DNA of 64,000 nucleotides from Azolla caroliniana (taxonomy: Eukaryota > Plantae > Polypodiophyta). The stretch spans positions 8,680,001-8,744,000 of the forward strand of contig JBHGNT010000009.1 in assembly GCA_043228905.1 (NCBI GenBank), written 5' to 3'. Shown piece after piece: positions 53,026 to 64,000 of the stretch. The first letter of the stretch is position 1; every line of letters begins with the position of its first letter. The notes beneath the pieces were generated by a model. It was not told where the DNA came from. It made no database searches and saw only the letters and a list, made by a program, of their open reading frames with translations. Position numbers and translations under genes: made by a program.

Positions 53026-54050
53026 GTTCCTGTCAAAATGGATGGTAGATTTGGTTTCAATGCCAATGGGAGTGGGTCAAATGAAGTATCTTGTGCTAAC
53101 CAGAGAAGACCTAACAAATTAGGTAGAACGAAGGGCCTTGATGAACAAAACGACGACAGTTGTGTGCAAATTCTTGCTCAAAGATGCTATTTACCAATAT
53201 GGTTGCGTGGGCAAGATAGTAGCGAGCCATGGAGATATAAATGCTTATGAACCTATGGAGCTCTTTGGATGACTCGGGGTGACGCTCTCTCTCACGACTG
53301 CCTATAACCTGAAAGCAAATGGGAAGATAGAGTGTGGACATGGAACTATAGTCAAGGCAATTGTGAGAGCCTGTGAAGGGTGAGTCGGGAATTGGCCACA
53401 ATTGCTACCCTATGCGTTATGGGCTAACAAGATTACTCATAGTTCGATGATAGGATTCATGTCAGCCAAACTCATGTACGGACAAAAACTAGTGATGTCC
53501 ATGTTCATCACTTTTCTTTCTAGAAGACGAAAAACTTGTTTGTGACTTGTTCGCTTTGTCGGCAGAAGAGGATTCTTCTAACCCTTCCGCTCTGATACCA
53601 TGTAAAAGAATACATGTGAAAGCATGTCTGGAAGACACATAATATATAGTCGATTATCCAAAACAACAATAGTTAGGTAAACAAAGAGAATGTAGATAAC
53701 ACAGTATGAGAGAGCAGACAACAAAACTTCAATTCAAAATAATCAACACTCTATGCATGCAATGTGCTCAGTGAGCACTATTTATACAATTCCTCAAAAG
53801 GACTGACAAGTACTTCAATTCTCATAAATGAGCTACTGACACTAATACCTAAAATATTCCTACGAGGAATATAGGTCCTAACGGCCTGCCGGCCCCCCGT
53901 TGATCCGGCCTACCCGATCGGTCTCCATCCGATCCGGCTCCTAACTTCTTTAGTCAATCTGGGCCTAACTGATCGGTTTCCATCCGATCCAATTCTCAAC
54001 TTTTTAAGCCGATCGGCCCGAGTTGAGCTTGCTCACTCAATAGTGCTTCA
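53026..54050 (-). mobile_element. LTR element 5' part: LTR (from 53601 rightwards), tRNA-iMet PBS and decayed internal sequence
   Basis: GCTCTGATACCA at 53589-53600 followed by TGTAAAAG. Outer LTR end is uncertain. Confidence 0.7.
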
Positions 54051-54229
54051 CAAAATTGGTTTGATTCTCTCCATGGGCTAACTCCCATCTCATACATCGC
54101 AATCCATTTTCTGTAAACATTAAAAAGATATCTATGCCTCTATCTGTCTGTTTCTTTGTCTATCTATCTATCAACAACTATTCAATCTCAATCCTCCGGC
54201 CATCCTCCCATGCTTTGTTAGTAGTACCC

Positions 54230-54620
54230 AACAATGACGTCGTGATGTGGTGTGTGCCAAGGGTTCTAAAAAGCATCGAAATCACCACTGGCTCTACATT
54301 GGCATAGGATCAACACAAACTATTTCTTGTGGCGCGAAAGCAAAAACCCTTTTGCATGTCTCTCCAACATCTATCCCTTGAACTTCACCTCCTCTTTGGG
54401 TGAAAGGAATCCACCCCCACCAGCTTGGAGCTTCCCTCATGTTTCTTCAATGAAGATGTGACCAATACCTTTCATGTCACTCAAACTAGGATCCACCACC
54501 ACTTCTTCATCCCTTCCTTTTCATAATGAACCGGCCATATACTTCACCTTTTTATCCACCGTCTTATGTTTTGTGTTGACTTGGATCTCATTTGTGAGCA
54601 AGAATTTGTGGATATTCTTC
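54230..54620 (-). pseudogene. Decayed gypsy-like pol fragment
   Basis: KHKTVDKKVK...IGHIF.EET..KL..GGGFLSPKEE..F and FAFAPQEI.CVDP. Confidence 0.5.
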
Positions 54621-55097
54621 AATGCCATTGTACATGGCAACGGAATTAATTGAACTTATCGTAACCCCAGGAAGGCTCCATACAACAATTTCCATTTCAT
54701 CAAGAGTTTCATTGAAACGAGACAACTTCCATGGATTCATTTATGTGTTCATCCTCATCTAGTAGATTATGATTCCTTCATTGATTTCTACATGTTGTGC
54801 CCTCTTTTTCTATTTCTGTTCAATGGAATTTTGCTCATACACTCCAATTTGAGAAAAAACAAGACTTTTTATTATTAATTGGAGAACAATGTTTATTACA
54901 AAACTACAAGAATTTAGTGTGCTCCGAACTATTGTTGTCCTACTCCCTAATAACACACATTAAAAAACATTTTGATTTCTATTATAAGGATATCCTTATT
55001 TCTTTTATTATTTGGCTGAATAATCAAGAATTGGACAGAGCTCTTCCCATCTTGGCTTCAAACATGCATGAAAACTGATTAATTATTGAGCACCTTT

Positions 55098-55767
55098 TGA
55101 AAGGACTACACACTCCGAAAAACAACGCTCGGCCACAACCGAGTCTAGGATCAAACACAAAAAAACGGGTAATGTACGCACGACACAGTAAAGAGAAGAG
55201 TACACAGGATGTTTATGTGGAAAGCCCAAACACGGGAAAAACCACGGCAGTCCACAAACTGCAAACTATCACTATGTTACAGTATACAATAGATGAACAC
55301 AGAGGCAACGACCTCTTGTTCACTATCTTCGCCACAAGTGGCGGTTACAACAGAGACAACGTCCTCTTCGTCTCTCACTCTCTCTCTCTGTACACAGTTG
55401 CACTCAAATCTTGCACCAACAAGAATGACAACTACTCACTAAATTTGCCCTAAGTCATATTTATACTAATATGACTTTTCGGCTATTTACAAATATAGCC
55501 CCAATGGACTCTCAGAAACATATTTACGAATATGTCCCTTCATCCGGTGAGCACTCCTCACCGGGCCTGCATCATCCGGCTCTTGCCGGGCACTCGTCAT
55601 CCGGTTCTCACTGGGTCTTCACCATCCGGCTCTTGCCGAGCACTCGTCATCCGGTTCTCACCGGGCCTTCACCATCCGGCTCTTGTCGGGCACTCGTCAT
55701 CCGGTTCTCACCGGGTCTTCCGTTTCCGGGTACTCCTATCCCATCCGGAGGGATCTGTTTCCTAACA
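55098..55767 (-). mobile_element. Solo LTR (670 bp), TSD CCTTT, with an internal about 50-bp tandem repeat (55543-55720)
   Basis: TG...CA ends; CCTTT at 55093-55097 and 55768-55772; minus-strand TATAAATA near 55460. Confidence 0.88.
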
Positions 55768-56809
55768 CCTTTGTCTTGATTTGAGCTATTGTGTTGTGTT
55801 GTTCCCCTTCGACTCTAAAGAATCTTCAACTCTAACTTACCTTCGATTGTGACCTCCTTTCGGTTTTGACCTATCTTTGATTCTGGGTTACCTTTGACTC
55901 TGGCGATCTTTTGACTCTTAGGATCTTTCTATTCTAACGAGCCTTCCAGCCATACATCCTGTCTAGTTCAAGTCCTTGGTGGTCCCCCTCAAGTAGCACA
56001 TGTTTTCATGATGTGGCGAGGTTAAAGGTAGAAAAAGTGAAAAAGTGAAGGCCCACTCACATTACCAAAAGATATGTATATATAAAAATAAATAAATATT
56101 AAATACTAAGACTAAATAGTTTAATGGTTGGAGCTATTCAATGGACTTCTCGGGTGCAAAGTTTAAGTCTTTACTAGTGTAACATGAATAAAGGTTTAAT
56201 TATTCCCTTTCTTTTTTGAAGAAAGGAGGAAAATAAATGTATTTAATGTCAAATATAGGCACCTCCTTTTCTCTATAAAATGAGGAGAAGAGGGCTTATT
56301 TTAGATCACCCATTTTTGGTCAAGGGTGTATCATTAGGGTTTGGGAGGTTTCCATTTTTTAGTTTGAGGGGAATCATTAGGGTTATTCTATTCTTCTTCT
56401 TCTAGAAAGTTAGGTTTTTTCTTTTCTTCTTTGTGAGCATCTAGGGTTTCTTCTTTTTACCAAGCCTTGGGCCTTGTGAGGATTTTGTTTTCTATTCTTC
56501 TTCTTACTAGAGAGTTTTAGGGTTTGGTTTTGGGTTTCTTCTTCTACTTTGACTTACCTACTCCGAAAACTCTTTAGCCCCTCCTTTGCATCGTTTCATT
56601 TTCGTTTGTATTCTAATCATATGACCATTTTGTATAAACCACCAAAATCATGATATCTAGCCTAATAATTATAAAACCCTAATTTGTAAGATATTCTTTG
56701 TGAATTTGTCCACATTTTTGTCTTAATCTCTTGCAAATTCTCTTAGTTGCGTGTTTCAACCCCAATCGTGCGTTAATCACCATTCTAGTTGTCACCCATA
56801 TCGAGTTCA

Positions 56810-57080
56810 AAGAGCTAAGGTTGATGAGTGGAAAGGTCAACGAGTGTGAAAGGTCGATGAGTGGGGAAATGTCAACGAGCTAAGGTCGACAAGTGGGAAA
56901 AGTTGACGAGTGTGAAAAAAAATCAATGAGTGGAGAAAAATCGACGAGCTAGGTCGATGAGTGGCTAAGGTTGATGAATGAGAACGGTCGACAAGTCGAG
57001 AGAAGTTGATGAGCTAAGGTCGATGAGTGGCTAAAGTCGACGAGTGGGAAAGGTCAATGAGTGGGGAAAAGATGATGAGC
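56810..57080. repeat. Degenerate GTCGACGAGTGG short-unit tandem array in LTR-like DNA (about 56.0-59.0 kb)
   Basis: Repeated (A)AGGTCGAYGAGTGG/GAGCT units; a further direct duplication at about 58245-58640. Confidence 0.75.
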
Positions 57081-59874
57081 AAAGGCAAACTAAAGAACGT
57101 TTGACGAGTTTCTCTGACGATTGTGAATCTCCGACTTCCTCATCCTTTTCGACTCCCTAGTCCAAGGCCCCCATGGTCCCACTCGAGCAACACACACATG
57201 CACGTCATTGCGACAACGTATGCACATAACTTCGCAAGAACATTGAATCTTGTGGATTGTATCACCATCAACTAAAAAGCTCGAGATGATTGAAATGGAA
57301 ATTTTGGCTTGAAAATATGAGCAACGGAGCATGTTCCCTGATGGAGCAGGAAAATTAAGAGTGTGGACAGTCAAACCTGCTACATTGAGTCAAAACTCAG
57401 GTATACTGTCATCTAGATGATACTTGTGATAATTTCACGAAGAACCCACCATGGTTCAAATCCACTATGGGCCCAATGTCTTCGTGAAATCTATGAAGAT
57501 AGTTTTTGTTCCAAAGAAAAGATGGTTATGAATATGTTGGATGCTCGCTAAGACACTAAAAAATACAAGTCAATATCGAGAATTCAAGCATCACAACAAG
57601 CAAAAGAAAAAGAAACTTGAATGGAAGATAGTCGTTTAAAAAAGTCAAAAAGTAAAAAAAACGTGACCCGTGAATAAGAAGATTTAGATAGAGGAAACAT
57701 TGATAACTTCTTCATCCAAACTTCAAATTGAGCAAGAAATATTTCAGAAAAAAATTAAGAATGAAAGCTTTCCAAAAACATTTCGTGCCAAAATTGGAGC
57801 AGCAAAATAGAAAATAGTGATAGAAAAAGAGGATAACTAGGTCTATATTTAGGATATCTTTTAAAAATATTGAACACCTCATATATACTTAAGTATATCC
57901 ATTAGAAAGCAAGGATGTCCTACCAAGAATGCAACCAAAAACCTATAAATAGGAGATAATAGAAGAGACATAGTTTCGATACTAATTAGAATCTGACATA
58001 TAGTTTCAATATTGACTGCATCTTAAGTACCAAAGTATGAAAATCAAGGGTAACATAATGAGAAGCAAAATTATTTGTCGACACTGGAAACCTACAAGAC
58101 TCGAGAGAAGAGAAGCAAATGCAAATGTTAAGGCTGAAATGAAAGAAGATATCACTTAATTGACAAGAGCTAATTTACATTAAGAATGAAAGGTGAAGGG
58201 TTCAAATCCTCATGCGGACTTGAATGGAACAAATGAAGGAAAAGTGAATGGATGAACATGGTGGTCAACGTTTTGCTCACACCGGGAAAGATAAGTAAGG
58301 TACACACAAAAAGAAGAAATACTATTTTTGTTTGCATGAGGACTGTAGAGGCCTATAAAAGGGAGAGGAGAGCTCATTCTCATGAGAAATTTTGGATCTA
58401 TGAGAGTTCTTGCATAACCTTAATGGAATAAACTAGGGAAAAGCGAATGGATGAACATGGGGATCAACATTTTTATCACACTAATCAATCGGTGAAGATA
58501 AGTATGGACATGGTGATCAACATTTTTCTCACACTAATCAATCGGTGAAGATAAGCAAGGTGCATACGAAAGGAAGAAATAGTTATTTTAATTCGCATGA
58601 GGAGTTCTAGAGGCCTATACAAGGGAGAGGAGAGCTCATTGTCTAAGGGGAATTTTGGTTATGCACCAAAACCCAACGATCTCCCTTACATGTAATGGAG
58701 TTGAGTTTATTTTATTGTATCTACTCAATTTGTGAACTCTAATGTAATACATTAATTTGATATTCATATACAAATATTTCTTATGAATCTTTTGTATAAA
58801 ATTATTCATGATTGAATTAGGATTACATTGGATGTTTCAGCTCAAAATTTCGAGCTTGAGGCAAGAAGTTACGCGAGTTTTAGCCTAATTAACAAAAAAC
58901 AAATTTACAAATGCCGCATTGAAAAGCTCGCTACACTGACATGGAGAATTCGCGTTGAGGATCATGACACAATGTTTGGAACGCAATTATGATTGGCAAG
59001 CTAAGCTTTTTTTGGACGGCGTGACTCAAACCCACTACGTTGACTAAATCGGCATCCCTTCAACTAATCGACGATTGAAGAGGGTGGCCAAATAGTAATT
59101 TTTCGATTAATCCCCTCCCCCAAATGAGGGAGAGCTAAATTTATAATTTGTTGAAGTTTTGAGCCTTTGGCTCCAATCATTAACCGAGTCAACGCTTTCA
59201 GCCTTTTGACTCAAACCCTCGAACTCCAGCCATAGACTCAATCAAGGCTTATTGATATTATTTATCTTTAAATATTTATTGATATCAAATTATCATGGAA
59301 TGGGGAAATATAGATTGCTTACAATCTCACATTCAAACATTCAGTAATTTGATATATCACATAATTGATATATCTTATTTTGAAAAAGAATGTAAGGACT
59401 CTCAATAAGAAACTCCTTGGTAGAAATCAGCTTGAACACAACATGTGGAACATATAAGAACTTGAATCATCATTAGAAGGATTTACATCTATTTTAACTC
59501 CATCACTAGAAGATTAGAAAGGTATTTACATGATGTGATTCTTGTTGATATAGAAGGTAATGGATTCAATGTACTACATGTGAAAAGTACTAACTTTACT
59601 GTAACTTAGAGATATTATATCTTAAGTTTGCGAAGGACTAAGTTTCATATTTTTCACTTCAAACCAAATCGCTAATGGTAACTTCCACCATAACTAATGG
59701 CAAATTCACTCTTTTCTAATTCGAACTTCAACATAAAAGCATCGACCTTCATCGCACTCTTCATCCTTGTCTATCTTCCAACATCTTGAATCAGTAATTA
59801 ACATTGCACCATTTTTCTATCTTCTTTAGTAAATTCTTTACTTTTTCACCAAATGAGAACCAATTCGTACCAAC

Positions 59875-61092
59875 CTATTGCTCATTTTCTAGTGATCGGG
59901 GATCATCATGATCACTATCTGATACATAATCAAGCAACATTACTTTCTCAACCAATCCAGAATTTGGCAATGCTATCTCTGAAGGAAGCAAAGACATTGG
60001 GATAATTGAATCTAAACTTTCATTGTTTCTCTGGAAACTATGGAAAGTAACCACACATTCTCCAGGCATTTCTTCCCTATCTGAAGACCTACATCCATAT
60101 CCTTTAGGTGATACACTTAAACCCCATGAATCTGCATCATAATGCACATTTATATCACTACACTTCATATAAGATGAGACATGGATGGAGATGGACACAT
60201 TTTGTGGCTTGAAACATGATAACACATCATCAACTAATTGTTGAATGTTAATTGAGTGTGGGTTGTACACCATTCCCTCAAAGCTTGCATAACTATGACT
60301 TTCCTCAGGCGTGATGTGTATAGTTGAAAGACCCCCACCCTCATCCATGCTATTCATTGAATACCCACATGGTGAGAAAGCATAATCTGATATCAAACTC
60401 TTGGTAGGAAGTATATAGGCAATGCCAGAGTCCCTTGTCATGTCCACACCTCTCTTGGTCCCTGATGGGTTCAAGAAATGTTTTAAAAACCCTTTATCTA
60501 AACTAGTCATGCACATCTCAAGCATGTAAATAGGTTTCAATAGATTAGACTGAGTATAGTTGTGGGTAGAAGCAGAGTAGATATGCCAGTTTTGTTGATC
60601 TCCCACCATAATGTAAGCTTTAGAAGTCATATGCCCAAAGAAAACATCCAAGTATTTAACCTCCTCTTTGAAGTTAGTGTAAGGGAAAGGTTGATCCAAA
60701 GGGAAAAGGAAGGTTGCATGGCTATATTTGCAAAAGCAAGGCTCCAAGAAGAGCTTAGAAGCAAAATTTAACAACACGGATATACACTTGAGGAGTTGAG
60801 TCTTACCACATGTCTTCAATATTATCCTAAAAGGATAAATGAAGAGGCTTGATTCAGAAAGCACATACGAGTCGAAGACATTGTTATGGAGTTCAGCGAC
60901 AATGGTGCACCCTACATATTTGAGCAAATAGTGGAGTTGTTGTCGAGATAAGCTCCTTAATCCTTGATTTAATTTGGCACTAGTGTAAGGGTTAAATGCC
61001 ACCTCTAATCTTTTCTCCACTCCTTCAAATCCATTAATGGGGGGCTCAAATTTAGTACATTCATGATCGTCCATCACTTCAATATGAGACAT
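59875..61092 (-). CDS. SAMDC: S-adenosylmethionine decarboxylase proenzyme, intronless, 405 aa
   Basis: GFEGVEKRLE, YVLSE|SSLF self-cleavage site, LKTCG, PCGYSMN, TIHITPE and SYASFE. Confidence 0.96.
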   Translation of the reverse strand: MSHIEVMDDHECTKFEPPINGFEGVEKRLEVAFNPYTSAKLNQGLRSLSRQQLHYLLKYVGCTIVAELHNNVFDSYVLSESSLFIYPFRIILKTCGKTQLLKCISVLLNFASKLFLEPCFCKYSHATFLFPLDQPFPYTNFKEEVKYLDVFFGHMTSKAYIMVGDQQNWHIYSASTHNYTQSNLLKPIYMLEMCMTSLDKGFLKHFLNPSGTKRGVDMTRDSGIAYILPTKSLISDYAFSPCGYSMNSMDEGGGLSTIHITPEESHSYASFEGMVYNPHSINIQQLVDDVLSCFKPQNVSISIHVSSYMKCSDINVHYDADSWGLSVSPKGYGCRSSDREEMPGECVVTFHSFQRNNESLDSIIPMSLLPSEIALPNSGLVEKVMLLDYVSDSDHDDPRSLENEQ

Positions 61093-64000
61093 CGGACACT
61101 TTGATACTTTAGAGATAATGTTTTGAGACTCATGAAAGCATTAGGATAATGAGATGGTAATGTTGTGATATATTCAAAATGAGTTGTTTACCCAATAGCA
61201 TACATACTTACACTCCATTAAGAAACTAAGAGTGGAAGATCATTTAATCCATTTTTACCTTTCATGCACTAGCCTAGCAATACAATTTGATTAACCTTGG
61301 ATTTAGATGTAGTAGGATTTAGATAATTATCATCATTGCCCCAAATTTCTTCGATATTCTAAAGGAGCACAAATATGTACAAGTATTGGCTAATGATATT
61401 ATTTGCCTCTATCTATTTATATTCATAGGTTATGTATTTGTGTACATGTAGCCAATATGTGTATATATAATAGAATCTAACACACACACACACCCGCGCG
61501 CGCACGCGCGTGCGCAAGAGAGAGAGAATGTGTGGTAATTGTTCCCTCACACTTCATCATGTCATCACGTGGGTGGTTATTAATGAATATGCTTAATATA
61601 TTTATACTATGTCCACTTCACATGTCACTAAGTCCACATAAGCGAGCCACATGTTAGTTCTTCCACGCTTCGTAAAAATCATTCATGTATATTTTGCGTA
61701 AAATGGAACATGAGAAATATTTCCTCTTTGACATGCATTTATCATTGGTCCTTTGTATTCTTGTGTTAGTCCTCAATGTCTTCATGTGTGTTGGCTTGGT
61801 GGTTTACCTTCTTGTTTTGAAGTCATGAATTTGAGGGAATCCAAGTTCAATCTAGGCCATGCATCAACCCCACCTTGCATATCATACTCTATCTCTTGTC
61901 CATGCTCATTAGCCCTCTTCAAAACTTCATTTTTAACTTTGCAAGAAAACCATAGAATGACCTTATTTAGATAGTTGTAAATTAGAGATATATAGAAAAT
62001 CCCTCTCCCTGACTTTTAACTAGTCCATGATCTCAATGGGTAGTGTTCTTGCCCAAAGCCAACATTGTCCATAAGGTCATTTAGTACTCGTTTTTTGATA
62101 CTAATATATTGGCCTCTAAGAATGCTAAACAATATCTCCTTCTCTCTCTCTCTCTTAATTGGTTCATGGATATTTTCTAGGTGGAAATGAGCCCTTGATA
62201 ATGCCCTTGTGTGGATCCCCAATCCACATACTATTCTTTTGATATTGATATATTAGCCTCTAAGAATGCGCAAAAATATCATCTTCTCTCTCTCTCTCTC
62301 TCTCTCTCCCCCCCCCCCCGTTAATAGATTCATGCATATTTCGAGGTAGGAACAAGCCCTTGATAGTGCCTTTTGTGTGGATCCCCAACACATCCTTGTT
62401 CCATATGGTTCTCTATAATGTCAAAGATATGTTCAAGCAAATGAACCTCCCAACATCTGATTGGATAATATTAAAGGCATGAACCCTCTATGACTTAATT
62501 GGGTGTAAATTAAAATTTCTTTACATGTCCACTGTACACGAGCATTCAAAGGATAAATACATCTAACCGAAAATTGCACCAAATATCTCATTGGAATTAG
62601 CAACAAAAGACATTGTTGATAGTTTAATGGGTCCCATTATAAGATGCTATGATAACATTCTTGAGATTATTGTGGAAGGATGAATGTATACATTGAGCCA
62701 TAACCACCCAACACTTCATTGGACATGGGTCTGTCGTTAACATTCACGCAATAATGAAGTTGATTATAGTTTATTCCATTGATATTCATTATATTATAAG
62801 AAGGTTGAATGTATGCAAGGGGAACTACCCAAAATACCACTACATATGCTTATAAAAGTCATCATCACAACTTAGTCATTTAATGATTGAAATGTGTTAT
62901 ATTTCCATGCCTTGCCATGTCTTATCTATAGTTCATACATTAATGTTCTTTTATGGTCATTTGATCTAAAGAATATGATTGTCAAGCTATCTTTTCATGA
63001 TGTGGTCTTATGAAAAAATTCCAAGCTATTTATGTTTCTTGGTTTGTACATGTTTTTAAATGTTCAACCCAATTTTTGCTATTAAAATTTTGACATCTCA
63101 TCCTCAAATTTGTTCCTTGTGAGGCGTTTTAATTAAATTTGATACCCTCTTGAAAAAACTTTCATAACATAACATTATTTAAGTCTTTTGAAATGAATAA
63201 GAACATTGGTGTTCAAACAAGAAAGGGCCTCCCATTATTAAATATTAATGATAGAGTAAGAAATTTGTGTGCCACCCCATATAAAAACTAGTGGTTACAA
63301 ACCCAAAATTCCTTCATTGGATTATCTCTCTTTGTGAAAAGCCCTAAAGGAAAATAAGTTAGGGGCCATTTGCCAAACAAAGACACATGTACTCTTTTCA
63401 TAATTACTCCCTTCCTTGGTTTCCTATTTGTGTCAATCTAATTTGTGTCTCTCATCACTTGGGATAAGCTTTGAGTGGTGATAAAGTACATCTCATGTTT
63501 ACTCATAAAATAACTATGAAAAAGGAAACGAGATCAACCCATATTCTTATCAATTGGTGCTTCTCGGCTCAAATCGCACTACTTACCGTTATGTATTGGA
63601 TGACATCTTCAAAATTTAGGGATTCAATGCATCGCCTTTGGTCTTCACCAATCAATGTTATTCGTTAAAAAAGTGTTTTCCAATGAAGTTTTCTTAACAT
63701 TCATGGAAGCTTTTATTTTTGATGTTGGATCGCTTCCCATTGAGCTCATGAATATGGAAGGATTGTCAAGTACACATTTTAGGTTAAAAAAACCTTATGT
63801 TAACATCCTAAAATAGCATAGAAAGCAAGTAAAAAACTTCAGAAGACACACAAATGCAAACATTTTCTAGCTCTCAATGTATGTATGCCATTAAGAGTGG
63901 TTTGAAAGATGAATCCATTACCTTGCTTCATTATGTATCAACAAATTCCTAAGTGAATGAGGCATTGTCACAAAAACAAGCGTGCATGTTAGAGATTATT

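Noticed and set aside
56790-58969. Possible 2.2-kb solo LTR (TGTCAC...ATGACA)
   Set aside because: Flanking 5-mers (CTAGT vs CAATG) do not match and no clear PBS or PPT was found; boundaries unsupported.

Overview
Repeat-rich land-plant nuclear DNA, probably a non-seed plant such as a fern (inferred from a Tcn1-type chromovirus and a Sola2-like transposase). It holds four host genes, all on the minus strand: a plastid phosphoglycerate kinase (6 exons), a TM9SF/TMN endomembrane protein (7 exons), an intronless PRA1 and an intronless SAMDC. Most of the remainder is nested transposable elements. A decayed Sola2-like DNA transposon (about 17.6-32.2 kb) carries a convergent FCP1/NIF-phosphatase-like gene and arrays of the TAGCTAATTAGCTA palindrome. 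A complete Tcn1-like Ty3/gypsy sits in the transposase intron; it has a self-priming PBS and a tRNA-like Pol III A/B-box module in both LTRs. A young intact chromovirus (40704-47722) has TG...TA LTR ends and an array of structured hairpins in its leader. Also present: a Mutator-like MITE, a copia lacking RT/RNase H, a solo LTR, LINE fragments and a U6 snRNA fragment. Top candidates for novelty: (1) tRNA-like A/B-box modules recurring in several unrelated TE termini; (2) the Sola2 plus FCP1-like cargo pair; (3) the covarying GAGGT-N4-RCCTC hairpin array. All coordinates were read by eye; no database searches were run.
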